A stretch of 62,964 nt of DNA, counting the filler, from Reticulomyxa filosa (Eukaryota; Protista; Foraminifera): the NCBI GenBank assembly GCA_000512085.1. It is 22 parts of 22 records of this genome, joined end to end, with 100 filler letters (N's around TTAATTAATTAA, not from the genome) between each part and the next. Parts side by side here need not be neighbours in the genome. Positions count along the whole stretch, not along the records: positions 25,950 to 27,579 come from ASPP01002890.1; positions 27,680 to 29,451 come from ASPP01029161.1; positions 29,552 to 30,714 come from ASPP01044476.1; positions 30,815 to 33,054 come from ASPP01024681.1; positions 33,155 to 35,396 come from ASPP01021161.1; positions 35,497 to 40,339 come from ASPP01026895.1; 16 more parts are not named here. One strand, given 5' to 3'. A program made the position numbers and the translations under genes. The notes under the pieces were generated by a model. That model was given only the letters and a program-made list of their open reading frames with translations, was not told where the DNA came from and ran no database searches. The first letter of the stretch is position 1. Each line of letters opens with the position of its first letter. Of this stretch, positions 26,680 to 39,041 are shown piece by piece.

Positions 26680-28799
26680 TACTTTTTTTGCGTGAAAGTG
26701 AAGTGTAGTGTAAATTAATTTGTACTGAATATTTGAAATCCATGTAACCAAAAGTTGTTTAATGGCTTTTTAAATTATTAAGTTTAATCTTTTCGAATTA
26801 CATATCTTTAATGAAATCTTTTCAAAATTTGTTTTTAGTTTCTTTAAAAAAAATTTTTAAATCTTTACATTGACTTTAAGTAGTTGATATGATAAGATAA
26901 ATACTGTCAAATTAATGTTGTATACGTTATCCTTTACAAAAACATAAACAGTACTTTAAAATCTTATACAAAAATACAATTATACGTAGATCGTTTATTA
27001 TTTCATTTTATACGTCTAAGCTATCCAAAAAATGTTCAACAATTGAGATAATGAAAAAAGAAAAAAGCAATTTGCGAAACAAAGTGTTATATAATTGCCT
27101 AAACAATCAAAACATATCCAAATATTCTTGAAAGTAGATTTCCTCTGTTACTTCTGATGTCTTGGATAACTGTGGATTTTCTTAGTTTTTGTGTCGTTTT
27201 CTTGGCTTTTATAACTTTTTTTCTCGGTTTAAACGGGTTTCAAGCCTGAACATCATTGAACTCACATGTTTTGCAGTTACAAACGTACATTCACTTACTT
27301 AAAACTAGATGTTTATTTTCTTTAATTTTGGTTTTATAATATACTTTTTTAGGAATTTTTTTATCAATATTCATTGTTTTATATGTTAAAAATGTAAGAG
27401 CTGTTGCTGCGGAAGAGACTGCGCTAAATGTAATACGAAAGGTGATAAACTCTTCCGAGCAGATTTTCAATAACTCAAAGTAATTTAAATAAATAAAGAA
27501 ATGACAAAACGATAACGAAAGAGTAAAAGGAAAACACAAGAAAGGTTGTGTGAAGAGTTGGGAAAGTTTAACCCACGGGNNNNNNNNNNNNNNNNNNNNN
27601 NNNNNNNNNNNNNNNNNNNNNNNTTAATTAATTAANNNNNNNNNNNNNNNNNNNNNNNNNNNNNNNNNNNNNNNNNNNNTTGGGGTTTTTTTTTTTGCAT
27701 GTTAATAAATGATTATGATTATTTTCTTTCTTTTTCGGTAACTGTTGCACTTTGAAGAGGAGAGTATTGGTGGAGGAAATCTCAAGAGCAAGTTCTATAT
27801 TGTAGAAGTTTGCTTTATTAGATTGTTTGAAAAGAATAGCCAAAACTACAGTTGCAAATTCTCCTTATCTATCGTTACCTCACGAGCCATTCCCAAATGT
27901 TCCTGGATACACTTCAGAGGGTGTTTGTTCTGGATCAAAGAGAGATACATAATTCCAAAAAGCTTTTGAAAACTGCTTCTTCTTCTTCTGGGGTTGGGAA
28001 ACTAAAAAATTGTATGGAGGACTGGATCTTATTTCTGACATTTTTCTTTTTCAAAGAAAAGGGGGCTTTTTGTTGGTCCTTAAGTACTGACAACAAAACA
28101 GTTTGCTACATTTTTGAATTTGGAAAATCTTAAATTGCTCATAGTCAATAGAACTTAATTTTATATGTTTTTCGGCTGATTTGAATACATAAATGAAATA
28201 AACATTCACATAATATTACCATATTATGTGAATCACACTTTTTTTATTGAAAAAATTATTTAGGTTTTTTATTGTCAAAGTATGATAATATGAAATATTC
28301 TAATTGTTTGTTGGATAAAAATATACAACATTTGATGATAATTTTGAGATACTTTATTGTTGTACATTTGCAGAGTTGTGGCGTAACGATACAATATCAA
28401 AACGACACCACGCCAAATGTGATCAAAGACATGGCAGTGTACATGACTCGATGTGATCTGACATTCAAACTTTGAAATGAGATTTGTGTGTTCAAATAGC
28501 GATTATCCAATTTGACAATGTTTTGTCCAACGCAAATAATAATGAAAATTCTTTGTCTTTGTATATTGTGCTGATCTCTTTCACATCTTGGCCATTCCTA
28601 AGCAAAACAAAAGATGTGTACGTTGTGATGACAAAAAAAAAAAAAAATAAATGAATGAAAAAACAATGCTATATTTTTGAGAAAGTATTTAACTCGTTGC
28701 TGTAAATATCTTCATAAGCATGTTATGAGAGATATTGCAAATAATTTGCAATGCCAGTTATAACTGATCAGTCATCATGATGAAATGAGTGTTTTTTTT

Positions 28800-29451
28800 T
28801 ATGTGGCGGTGTTTGGCTTCATTCTGTCGATATATGTTTCATATTTTATCAATGATAAATCGTCCCTTCTAGAGAAACGTAATCAGATACTTGTATTGTA
28901 GATCAGTGGCACCACATCCTCTAAAGGCGCTTGTTTTTGCATGTAATTGTTGATTTCTTTGTTTGTTATGTAACATGGTTGCACTCGAAATACATCAAAC
29001 AACAGGCAAGTGATATAACCACGTCTCCGCATACAATCAAAATAAGGAACCCATTGACACAGTTATCAGTCCATGCCCAATCCTAATCAGCACATCTCTT
29101 GAAAAGTTCAGTATTTCCATCAATTTCCGGCATCATCGACAACGATTCTGAGTAATCCCTTCTTCTCCCGAATGCAACAAAACGTGAGATCTTTCCCCTC
29201 TTCCTCATCTTCTTGCTTCTTCTTTTTCTTCTCCTTTGAACAATGACTCTGCGTCCGATTTGGACGACAGCGCTTGCAACACTGACTGTCATTGGCATTG
29301 GGATTTTACGTGTCCAACTCTCGCTCCAATAAGGGTTAGCCGGTCATCTGTGGCATTGGCCAACATAGCCATGTTTTGTCACAAAAACTTGCCTTTGCCA
29401 TCATGATCTTGAGCAAGTGGTTTATCTAACTCGATTCCAATGCTTCCATTG
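28800..29451 (-). pseudogene. degenerate CAP-Gly protein with two CAP-Gly-like remnants
   Basis: IGIELDKPLAQDHDGKGKF at the contig edge and a frameshifted GHG..VNG..YFDC..RGY near 29080-29010; many stops. Confidence 0.5.
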
Positions 29452-29580
29452 NNNNNNNNNNNNNNNNNNNNNNNNNNNNNNNNNNNNNNNNNNNNTTAAT
29501 TAATTAANNNNNNNNNNNNNNNNNNNNNNNNNNNNNNNNNNNNNNNNNNNNTATATATATATATAATTGTATATATTTAT

Positions 29581-30630
29581 TTAGTTTGCTATGACAATTA
29601 CCAGCTCTTGAAGGACTTCAGAAGAAATGGCATGACCCAACTCATTGGAGAGATTCAAATGTGCTTTGAGATCTTCGACTGCAGACTCCATTCGCGTATG
29701 CTTTTTGCGGACGTCATCGGCCAAGCCGTACAACTGATACAAGGACTCTTCATTCATAATTCCAATGTGTCCCAAATGGTTGACCGAAGGTCTTTGCGAC
29801 GGGTCCAGTTTTTTGTTGAGCTCTTCTTTGATCTTCGACTTCTCTTGCTCCTGTTGCTGCAAATTCGACTCGTAGTTTTCCTCGTAAAAATTGCCACGCA
29901 AAATGCGCTGGCTCTCCAAAGACTGCATCGAGGGTCGAAAATCTCGCGATAGTCGATGTGCCAATTTCGTCCTTGTCTCTCGTCGTCGCACCGGTGCCAT
30001 TGGCACAAATCCTTGAAATGGGTCCACTGTAAACTCGTACACTTGTCCCGAGTTGGGGTCGTGATACTTGAATACTGTGTAATCATCTCCATTCCCATTT
30101 GCTGTCTCTTCTTGGGATACCTCCTTTTTTTTTTTTGTAAAATGCATTACATATATGTAATGTGCATTTGTGTATGTGTTTATGTATGATAGGAGATAAA
30201 ACGTTGCATCCCCCCCTCCCTCCTCTCTTTTTCCATTGTATACATGAATATGTAGGAAGAGGAGAGGAGGACATTTGATCCCATCTCAATTACTTATTAT
30301 TATTATTATTTTTTTTTTTTTTGAAATAACTTGAGTTATGTCCGTGTGACCATTGTGATAAGTACCATTTGTGTCGTGATAGTCATTGTCATTGTCATTG
30401 TCGTTGTCGTTGTCATTGTTGTTATTGTCATTGTTGTTATTGTCATTGCCATTGCCATTGGAGTGATCAAAACCAAGTTGTGTCAAAATTGATTGCTGCT
30501 GTGGATCTGTATCTCCTCCATGCATAAACTCAATCAAATTCATGGCGACATTGTCAGGTATGTCCAACTCATGTTTTATGTAACTTGTTCTTGACTCTTT
30601 TCGTGAATGTTTTTGCAAACCATCATTCAA
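29581..30630 (-). CDS. RPEL-repeat (G-actin-binding) protein, internal exons
   Basis: KLAHRLSRDFRPSMQSLESQRIL and ELNKKLDPSQRPSVNHLGHIGIM fit the LxxKLxxRPxxxELxxxxIL pattern. Confidence 0.6.
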
Positions 30631-31577
30631 CTTTTATTGTTATTATTATTATTATTATGACAATAACAAAAATTAACAAGTATTTTAATGTATCCACATA
30701 TACATATACATATANNNNNNNNNNNNNNNNNNNNNNNNNNNNNNNNNNNNNNNNNNNNTTAATTAATTAANNNNNNNNNNNNNNNNNNNNNNNNNNNNNN
30801 NNNNNNNNNNNNNNAAAAATATAATTTTTTAATTATTAAGTTATTTTTTTCTTAAGCTCACTTTATAAAATAATGCAAATTATATATGAAAATTATTTAA
30901 AGTATTCTACAAATTATACAATATAAATAACTATTTTTCTAAATATTACTAAAATAAAAAAACTATATGTATACATTATCTGAATCCTATGTTTTTATTT
31001 ATAGTAAAATCTGTAACATAAAAGAATTTTTAAGGATCTGTATATAACTTGTTATAATGATATATACTTGGTTTTCTACGACAAAGACAAGAGAATGCTC
31101 GAATGCAACCGAAAGACATTTATTAATTGTATATTTTGAATAATGCCGAATGTGAAAGATATTTAAAGAGAATATTAACAAATTTTTTTTCTCTTGTGTC
31201 AAATTAGTATATATTCGCATTACAATTGTCACTATTATTAGTTCAATCTTGTTCCGTTTACACCATCCAATAAAATATAATTCAATATCATTTATATATC
31301 ATCATTGTCATGCATGTATTTGTATAATAAAAAATAAATCTTTTTTACTTTTTTTGTGATTTGCTCAATCTTAGTGATACTTCTGGAAAGGGAAGAATTA
31401 TTATAAACAAAGTATCGTACAAAGTGATTTACAAGCGACAAACAAGACGACGTACTAAGTGACATACAAAGCGACTAACAATGTAAATCACAAACGGACA
31501 AAATGATAAACAAATTGATTATCAACAAAATAAAAAAAACGAAATTTGAGTGTAATGAAACAAGAAGATCTTATCAA

Positions 31578-32597
31578 GTGACAATGAATATATTGACAAT
31601 GATGAAAGATATATACCAAGTGATGAAGAGTATGTTGACAATGATGAAAGTGGTAATGAACAGATTGACGAACAAATTGAAAAAGTTAAAAAATAAAATT
31701 TTCGACTGCAAGCAAAAAATTTGTTTTTAACATATCCACAATGTACGTTACAACATGAAGAAGCGATTGAAATATTGGAAAAAAAACTTCCAATCAATGA
31801 ATATTTGATCTGTATAAAATCATACAAAAAGGACGACACCTGCATTGCTATATTAATTGTAAAACGTTCAGCACATAGACTATGTTTGAATAGATTTCAA
31901 GTAAATTATCAAAGTTGCAGCAACTTATCAGCAGTTAAAAAATACTGTAGTAAGTAAAAAAACTACATAACAAACATAACTGATTTTGCTATAACGAAAC
32001 GATCAGAAAATTAGCTATATAATGATATGTAGATAGCGCAATTAATATAGTAATAAATGATCGGTATTAGCTATAGATTACTTAAGAGATAGCTTACGTA
32101 TATTGCAAAGTATAAAAAGACTGTCAAAAAGTAATAGTAAAATAACTAGAAATTATAAATTCAAACTGTAAATGGAATATCAAATTGTAACAGATCAAAA
32201 CATGTGTATGGTTACATTGAAAAACTAACAATGTCAAAACACAGTTTGCAATATCTCTTTTTGAAAAACCATTATTAGTACGTCATATCGATCAGTTAAA
32301 AAAATTGGATAGTTCATATGACGGCATTGTGTTTAACGATATGAATTTTTCAAAATGGACAATAGAAGAGCAAATTTATATAGTAGAAACTACAGCAATT
32401 AACGTAAAACATGGACACGTTGAAATAAAAAAGGACTTCCAAGAGTATTTACAAGCAATAATACTATTTTCAAAAATGACGCATCAATTAAAAAAAGAAG
32501 ATTAAGAGACATTAGTGAAAACGAATTAGAAAATAGCAACAGTTGTGAAGTTCCTGATTCAGTTTTTGAAAATGAAGACCAATATTTAATGCAATAA
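31578..32597 (+). mobile_element. rep: endogenous CRESS-DNA virus/plasmid-type Rep pseudogene (HUH endonuclease + SF3 helicase)
   Basis: Motif I FRLQAKNLFLTYPQC (31700-31744); motif II GRHLHCYI in a shifted frame (31831-31854); motif III YCSK (31943-31954); decayed Walker A WLH*KTNNVKT (from 32209); Walker B IVFND; motif C PRVFTSN (to 32459); Arg-finger-like SIKKRR. Confidence 0.9.
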
Positions 32598-32842
32598 AAG
32601 AAAAAACACAAACAACTTCAACTAATAACTATTTTTTTTTTAAGCTTTTGCATTAAGAGAATGTGAATATATCTGACTATTCATTGCTTTGTCATTTACT
32701 GACAATGACAAAAATAGGCTATTGCTTTTTCAACAACTTTAAATTTAGAAATTTGTCCAACAGTAATACACAAATTTTATTCGATCATATACAGCACAAT
32801 CCGCAACTTTATTCATAGAATTAAAGAAATTAATTGTAACTG

Positions 32843-33054
32843 CAGTATGTTGCAAAGAAAACTGAGTGCCTAAAACGATATCTTATGATGATAATTGATT
32901 TTCTACATGAAAAATCAACATTTAGACCTAATTTTTTTTATTTTAAAAAATATCTACAAATCTTGTAGTTTTTAAATATGATATTGGTTTTTTAATGACT
33001 TTTTTTTTTGTTGGGTGAAATCACCATTCTTTCAAATGATTTTTGAAAATTCTG
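32843..33054 (+). repeat. dispersed repeat, probable Tc1/mariner-type transposon or MITE terminus (copy 1)
   Basis: About 210 bp highly similar to 40114-40320; starts CAGTATGTTGCAAAGAAAACTG and runs to the contig end. Confidence 0.7.
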
Positions 33055-33154
33055 NNNNNNNNNNNNNNNNNNNNNNNNNNNNNNNNNNNNNNNNNNNNTT
33101 AATTAATTAANNNNNNNNNNNNNNNNNNNNNNNNNNNNNNNNNNNNNNNNNNNN

Positions 33155-35396
33155 ATGCCAAAGGAATGGGTCCATAAGAGTAGCGAAAACAAACAGGATG
33201 GGGGAGTTTCATCGCTTCGCGCCGCATTGAACCATAGCCGAAGTGTGATATACACGAACTTGGCCTCCATCGCTCTCATCGAACAAAACAGCTTTCAATG
33301 CCAATTGTACTGCCAGCAAGCCTTGCAATGCGACCCCACCTACACTCCCGCTCAGCGCTATCGACACGTTGCCTCTCTCGCGAACGACACAAACCAAGCC
33401 GATACAAGCAATGGCCATCACCACAAGTTATGTGTGTACCATGTTGTAATATGGCTCGAATATCTTTATCAAATGATATAGTATCGCCAATCATGGATAT
33501 GAGTATATCTGTGAGTGTGTATATATGCATATATGTATACATACATATATGTATGTGTATGTGTATGTGTATGATGCATTACATGGGACGAACATTAAAA
33601 ATAGACACTTGAGTGAAATCTATTCTATTGGTGGAACAGTTGACAATAAGAATAATAACAACACCCCACCACCACGAGTGTTACATTCCGTAACTCGTCT
33701 TAATGAACACTCATTGTTGTTGTATGGTGGTATCGCATATCCAAAATGGCAAATTAATCAAAGTCAAAGTTCCTCGAAAACATCCGACAGCGACCAGGCC
33801 GAAGATGTAAAGAAAGAGAAAGAAAACCACACAGATAATATATCCAGCTCTTCGAACCCGTCGATGCTCGCAGCGGAAAGTGTGCACGAACTGTGGAACG
33901 AGTTGCAAGAGCGTGTGGAAGGCCCACACACGACCAACGCAAAGGCAAAAAAAGAAGAAGTGATTGTGTATAACGACATGTGGATTTTGGATTTGAAAAA
34001 AAAGCAATGGGTCCCAAAAGAAAACCATTGGGAAACTATGGCTGGTAGGTACGATCACAGCAGCGTGCTAATGGCGGACGGGAAGTCGGTGATGATGATC
34101 GGTGGGAAACGCTTCCCTTGTGAAAACAATAAGAATCGCTATGATTCTTTCATCGACCACAACCATTGGGATTTGCAATATTCCCCGGATTACTCTGACA
34201 ACTTCAAACAGCTCAAAGATTTTTTGGGAAGCAATACTATTGCAGATGCAATAGAACATGTATCTTTGTTTTTTTTTTGTGTGTGCATGTGTTGTATTCT
34301 CTTTTACTTCAACAAAAAAAAAAAAAAAAATTAGCATGTTTGCGTATGTATGTGTGTAAACCATCTAGATAACATTATCAGACTTACTGCGCGATGAAGG
34401 GACTGGCGAAAGCAGTATAGTTCACGTGTATGATTTGGAACAAGATATGTGGTATACACCGACACACACAGGCCAAGTTCCTCCTTACGAATTCTTGATG
34501 AACCATTCTTGTGTGGTCTACGACAATCCGTCCAAGTCACAGAAACAGCATTACCAACAACGCTTGTTTTTATTTCCAGAACACACGAGCATCATGTATG
34601 TGCTGACGCCGCAGTCGTGCAAACATCCCTCACGTTCTACCATTTTGGCGAGGAATTATCAACTGCATTGGCAACGTGTCTCAATCACATTGCCCAACAC
34701 CCGTGTTTTGTGCAAACCTTTGGTCGGCTTTGTCAACAATCACCGACAATTGACCGTTTTGGCGCGAACCAATACTTTGCAGCAAATTGCACTGCTCATT
34801 GATCCACACACAATGCAATTGTTGCAAATCACAGTTAACAACAGCTTTTCATTTTTCTTTTTAAACAAACAAAAAATAAATACTTTTTTTTTTTTTTGAT
34901 GACGTGATTTCATTAAAAAAAAAAAAAAAAAAGAATTTGAATAATGGCATATTTGACCATTACAAACTTTCCCCTGGCCGAGTGTTGACGGAATACAAAT
35001 ACTTCCATTGCAATTTGAATGGAATCGAGAACCAGTCGCAACACAATTACGATGTTGTGCTGTATCATGGCGGCATTTGGCTGGACCAATTGGAATGGAT
35101 GCTTTTGCATGAGGGTGTGATGGACACCAACGGAGACACGCTCAAACAAATTCTAACCAATGTTAACTCACGCAGCATCATGCTCGCCATCACAACCCCG
35201 TTCGAATCCCAATCGCAACATCAACCCAGCAAACAAGATCTGACAAAGAAGCAGTGGTTTTGGCTGGGCAATGAAGTCAGATCTCCTGACCTAGGACTAC
35301 CTCCTTTGTTTGGACATTCCATTATCAATGTTGGCGATCAACTCGTCGTTACTGGAGGATTTTCATCTCAAGGCTTTTCAACTCAAACGTATACAT
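33155..35396 (+). CDS. TPR-like plus kelch-repeat protein, internal part
   Basis: IYTNLASIAL..CQQALQCDPTY (TPR-like); kelch blades PPPRVLHSV..LLYGG, YNDMWILDL..W, RYDHSSV..MIGG, PPLFGHS..VVTGG. Confidence 0.75.
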
Positions 35397-35496
35397 NNNN
35401 NNNNNNNNNNNNNNNNNNNNNNNNNNNNNNNNNNNNNNNNTTAATTAATTAANNNNNNNNNNNNNNNNNNNNNNNNNNNNNNNNNNNNNNNNNNNN

Positions 35497-37760
35497 CCGA
35501 TGTATTCGTATGCTCGATCGCCATCAATCGATATTTCATGACAACTTCTATGCTATTTTCTTCATCGCCTTCCACTTTTTCGTCAGTTTAGTCGCTGCAG
35601 CAATCACTACACCATAATGTCGACATCTTTTTCATCAGTCTTCTTTTACTTTCTTCTTGGCAAGCTTGCTTTTATGTTCTGGTGGCACCAAGGTCTAGAT
35701 TATTTGCTATTGATCTGGGATAATCTTGTCCCACTGTTCCAGTGTTACCATATAATGGACGTCTTCCAACTACGAAATTTGTCCAATCTCTTCGCCATTG
35801 TGATGACAGACACGCCTTGATCTTGGATAAAGCTTGCTATCAAAAATGCTCGCATCATCGCAACATATCCCATTTGACAATGTTTGAATTGGCGATCCAA
35901 TGGTTCTTTTCTTCGTTATGGACGTATTCTTTGTTGATATTCTTTCTTCCTTTCTTGCGTGCGATGGTTGAACGCGATTTTTGATTGCGCCAACGGTACC
36001 TATGACTTTACAATTCAAAACTGATTCTTTGAATCATACTCAAACAAACACAAATTAACGGCACACACTTTATTTTTCACCAAGTGCTAAGATAATGCGG
36101 CGAATACAAAGTATTGATTTTCATCCAACACGTTGCCTGTAGTCCATAGTCGAACAATCGCCAATTATCTTTACCAAATTGTCTCCTGGATCGATAAACA
36201 CAAGGAACATGACTCTCGCAGCGATAGAGTTAGAAAATGCAGCCAGCGCTCTCTCTATTCACATATCATCAATACAAATGCCCCGCAAGCTCAAGCTTCA
36301 AACCCCGAAATCGCAAATGTGGGCACGCATACGATTATCGCTTCTTGGTTCAAGTAGGACACGCCGAATACTATGGTGAGCACCCAAGCAATAGTTGGTT
36401 GGGCGACAACGTTTGGAAAAAAATTGTTACTGGAAACTTGGCATTGTTCAACGCATTTTGTGAAAAACCTGAAAGTGATGCAGCGCTATTACAACGCGTC
36501 AGTTTCACGTGAGTAATCGTTGCCTGGATGATGGGAAAAAAAATTGAACGCTTTCAAAATTTGATTGTGGTGATAGCGTCGTGTCCTGACAAAATGGACA
36601 TTGCTGCATTTGCTCAGCATTTTCTATTGGGTGGACAATACGGGAAGTTAGTCTACGCCCGTTAGTGGCGAATTTGCGCGTTTCTGATATCCACTAAATT
36701 GGACCAATCACACGATTATCCCATGTAATGGTTTGCTCGAGCGCATTGTGTATTAGTTTTTTTGACAACGTCCGTGCTCTGTTCTTCCTCGCCTTCCGCT
36801 TCTTCTGTTAATCCAGTCGCTGCTGCTGTTGTCACTTTGCGCGATTCACAATCTTCTTGTTTTTATATTCTATCGCAAGATCCAGATGCCCGCGATTGAT
36901 TTGAGAGAATCTGTCCAACCATTTCTCCATATCGCATGTTTTCAATATAAATTCCAGCTGTTATTGTCGCCCTTGTGATGATAGCACACTTTGGCCTTGT
37001 CGAATGGAAGTATTTTCAATACACCCAACGCCTGGATTGGTGATCTAAGTATGAATCAATATTTTATTTTTTCATGATTGGACGTATTCGTTGTTATTAT
37101 TCCCTTTCTTGTGTAGCTTGGTTCAACGTATGTTTGAGTATGCCAAAGGTCCTACGCGCTTCAAAATTCAAACTCACGTCGACTTGTGTGCAAACGATAC
37201 AAAGCGACCAACGTTTCTTCGGGTCTGGAATAATGCAACGAAAAAAGAGTACTGTGTGTCATCCAACGAGTCTCTAGCATGTTCATGATCGATCCCGAGA
37301 CAATTCACAAAGATAATCGTCGCTTATTTGACAAACGAAATGCAAGCGACTTTTGCAGCGATAATTACATCAATGCTAAGTGTCTATCTCGATCGCACGC
37401 TTCTTCACATCAGCACACTCAGACGAAATCCAAAGTTGCGCATACGCGCACGTATACTATAGTTTCGATAGGAGCGACCAGTCTACTCGATTGTTGTGCG
37501 TCCAAAAGTTTGATCATTTTTCCACAACAATTTAGCTCCACCTTTGTCAGCGCTCTTTGATGCTTTGACAATAATAATATCAATAGGACTCTTTTGCCCT
37601 AACTTAGGCATAAGTCTTTCAATGCTTCCGATTGTCACTACCACTCTAGTCCACCATTTCCACTTTGCACGTTTAAAGATATTTACTAACTTCACATAGC
37701 GCGCCAAAGTCTCCAATCGCATGAAGAGCAATTCCAAACAAACTCAACAAACTATTTTTT
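35497..37760 (-). pseudogene. decayed coding-like region of unknown family
   Basis: Exon-like GC content with protein-like stretches broken by many stops in all frames; strand inferred, family not recognised. Confidence 0.3.
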
Positions 37761-38269
37761 TAAAAAAATCAAACGTTGCGGCCTCCGGATCATTCTTTGC
37801 TATTGTTGCTGCTTCCTTTCTTTTTTCTTTTTTTTATCTTTTTCTCTTTTATCTTTTTCTCTTTTTTTTCCTTTTTCTTTTTAATTTTTTTCATTTTTCC
37901 ATTGCACTTTTTTTTTTTTCATTTTCCAATATTTTTTTCATTTTTTAATTTCTCATTTTTTATTTTTTCAATTTTCTCCCCCTATTTTTTCCATTCATTT
38001 TTCCACTTTTTTTCACATCCTTTTTTCAATCCTTTTTTTTCCTTACATTTTCTTTTCCCAATTATCGAATTAAAAGAATTTTTCATTTTTTTTAAGAAAA
38101 AAACAAAAACACACCTTGACCGCTGAGCTCAAAGCTCCATTTACAATCTACATATTTTTTTTTTTGAACAGACTGGGACAAGCTTTTTTTTTGATGGTAC
38201 GTGCCTATTCCAAACACAAACAAACATCTGATAAAAAAAACAAAAAAACAAAAATAAAAATAAACCTTT

Positions 38270-38460
38270 TTATTATTTTTTCAATGCGGGGTGGCTTCAA
38301 CACCTGTGTTTTTCTTTGGAGGGTGAGTACGTATAATTTTTTTTTTTGATAGACGGGCTGCAGCTGTTATTGACATCACACAAAGTTAATTATTTCAAAA
38401 AAAAAAAAACAAAAAATAACAAACCTTGTTTTTTCCTTGCGGAGACGGGGGGCCTTGCCC
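38270..38460. repeat. two degenerate copies of a ~155-160 bp hairpin-bearing repeat
   Basis: CGGGGTGGCTTCAAC at 38287 and TCCTTGCGGAGACGGGGGG at 38434-38452, spacing 159; matches the motif at 50770-50956. Confidence 0.55.
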
Positions 38461-39041
38461 ATATTTATTTTTTTTTCTTCTTTTGTTGAATGATGCAAAG
38501 CATCCAAATAAAAAACTATTTTTTTTATCAAAGCTGGAGGTCTGTTAAAAAAAACAAAACAACTTCTTTAAGTTGCAAAATAATTTAAAAAAAAAAGAAA
38601 AAGACGTACCAGTGTTGTTAAAGAGTGCGTATATCACCCTAATTACGAATTGGTGCGAGAATAGGTACAACCAAAGAAAAAAAAAGACCTTTTTTCTTGA
38701 CTAAGACACAAATGCACAGCTCATAAATATTAACAAAAAATAATTAAATTTGCAATTTTTTGTAATATTTTAACATTTTTTACAAAGCAACTTCAAAAAA
38801 ATAATTTTTCAAATTTTTGTATAAACACATTACAATGTTCGATAATTCTGGAGCGGATTTAATTTTTTGATACACTTTTAACAAGCTTCGATTTGAAAAA
38901 TTATTTAATTGGCTTTTTGCTCTTAAGTTATTAGCGAATTTTTCATTTTGAGATACTGAGCATTGAGTTGGTAAATAAATAAGAAAAAATTGACATTTTT
39001 CCCCTTTTCACAACTAAAAACAAGAGTGGAAGATAACATTT

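Noticed and set aside
30930-30960. AAATATTAC as the CRESS nonanucleotide origin for the Rep
   Set aside because: One mismatch to TAATATTAC and only a weak A/T stem in very AT-rich DNA; expected by chance. The exact TAATATTAC at 28211 is on a different contig.
30815-31420. Capsid gene beside the Rep
   Set aside because: No ORF or recognisable capsid motif on either strand; a fully decayed one cannot be excluded.
37721-38126. Phe-rich membrane-protein-like ORFs
   Set aside because: Translations of a T/C low-complexity tract.
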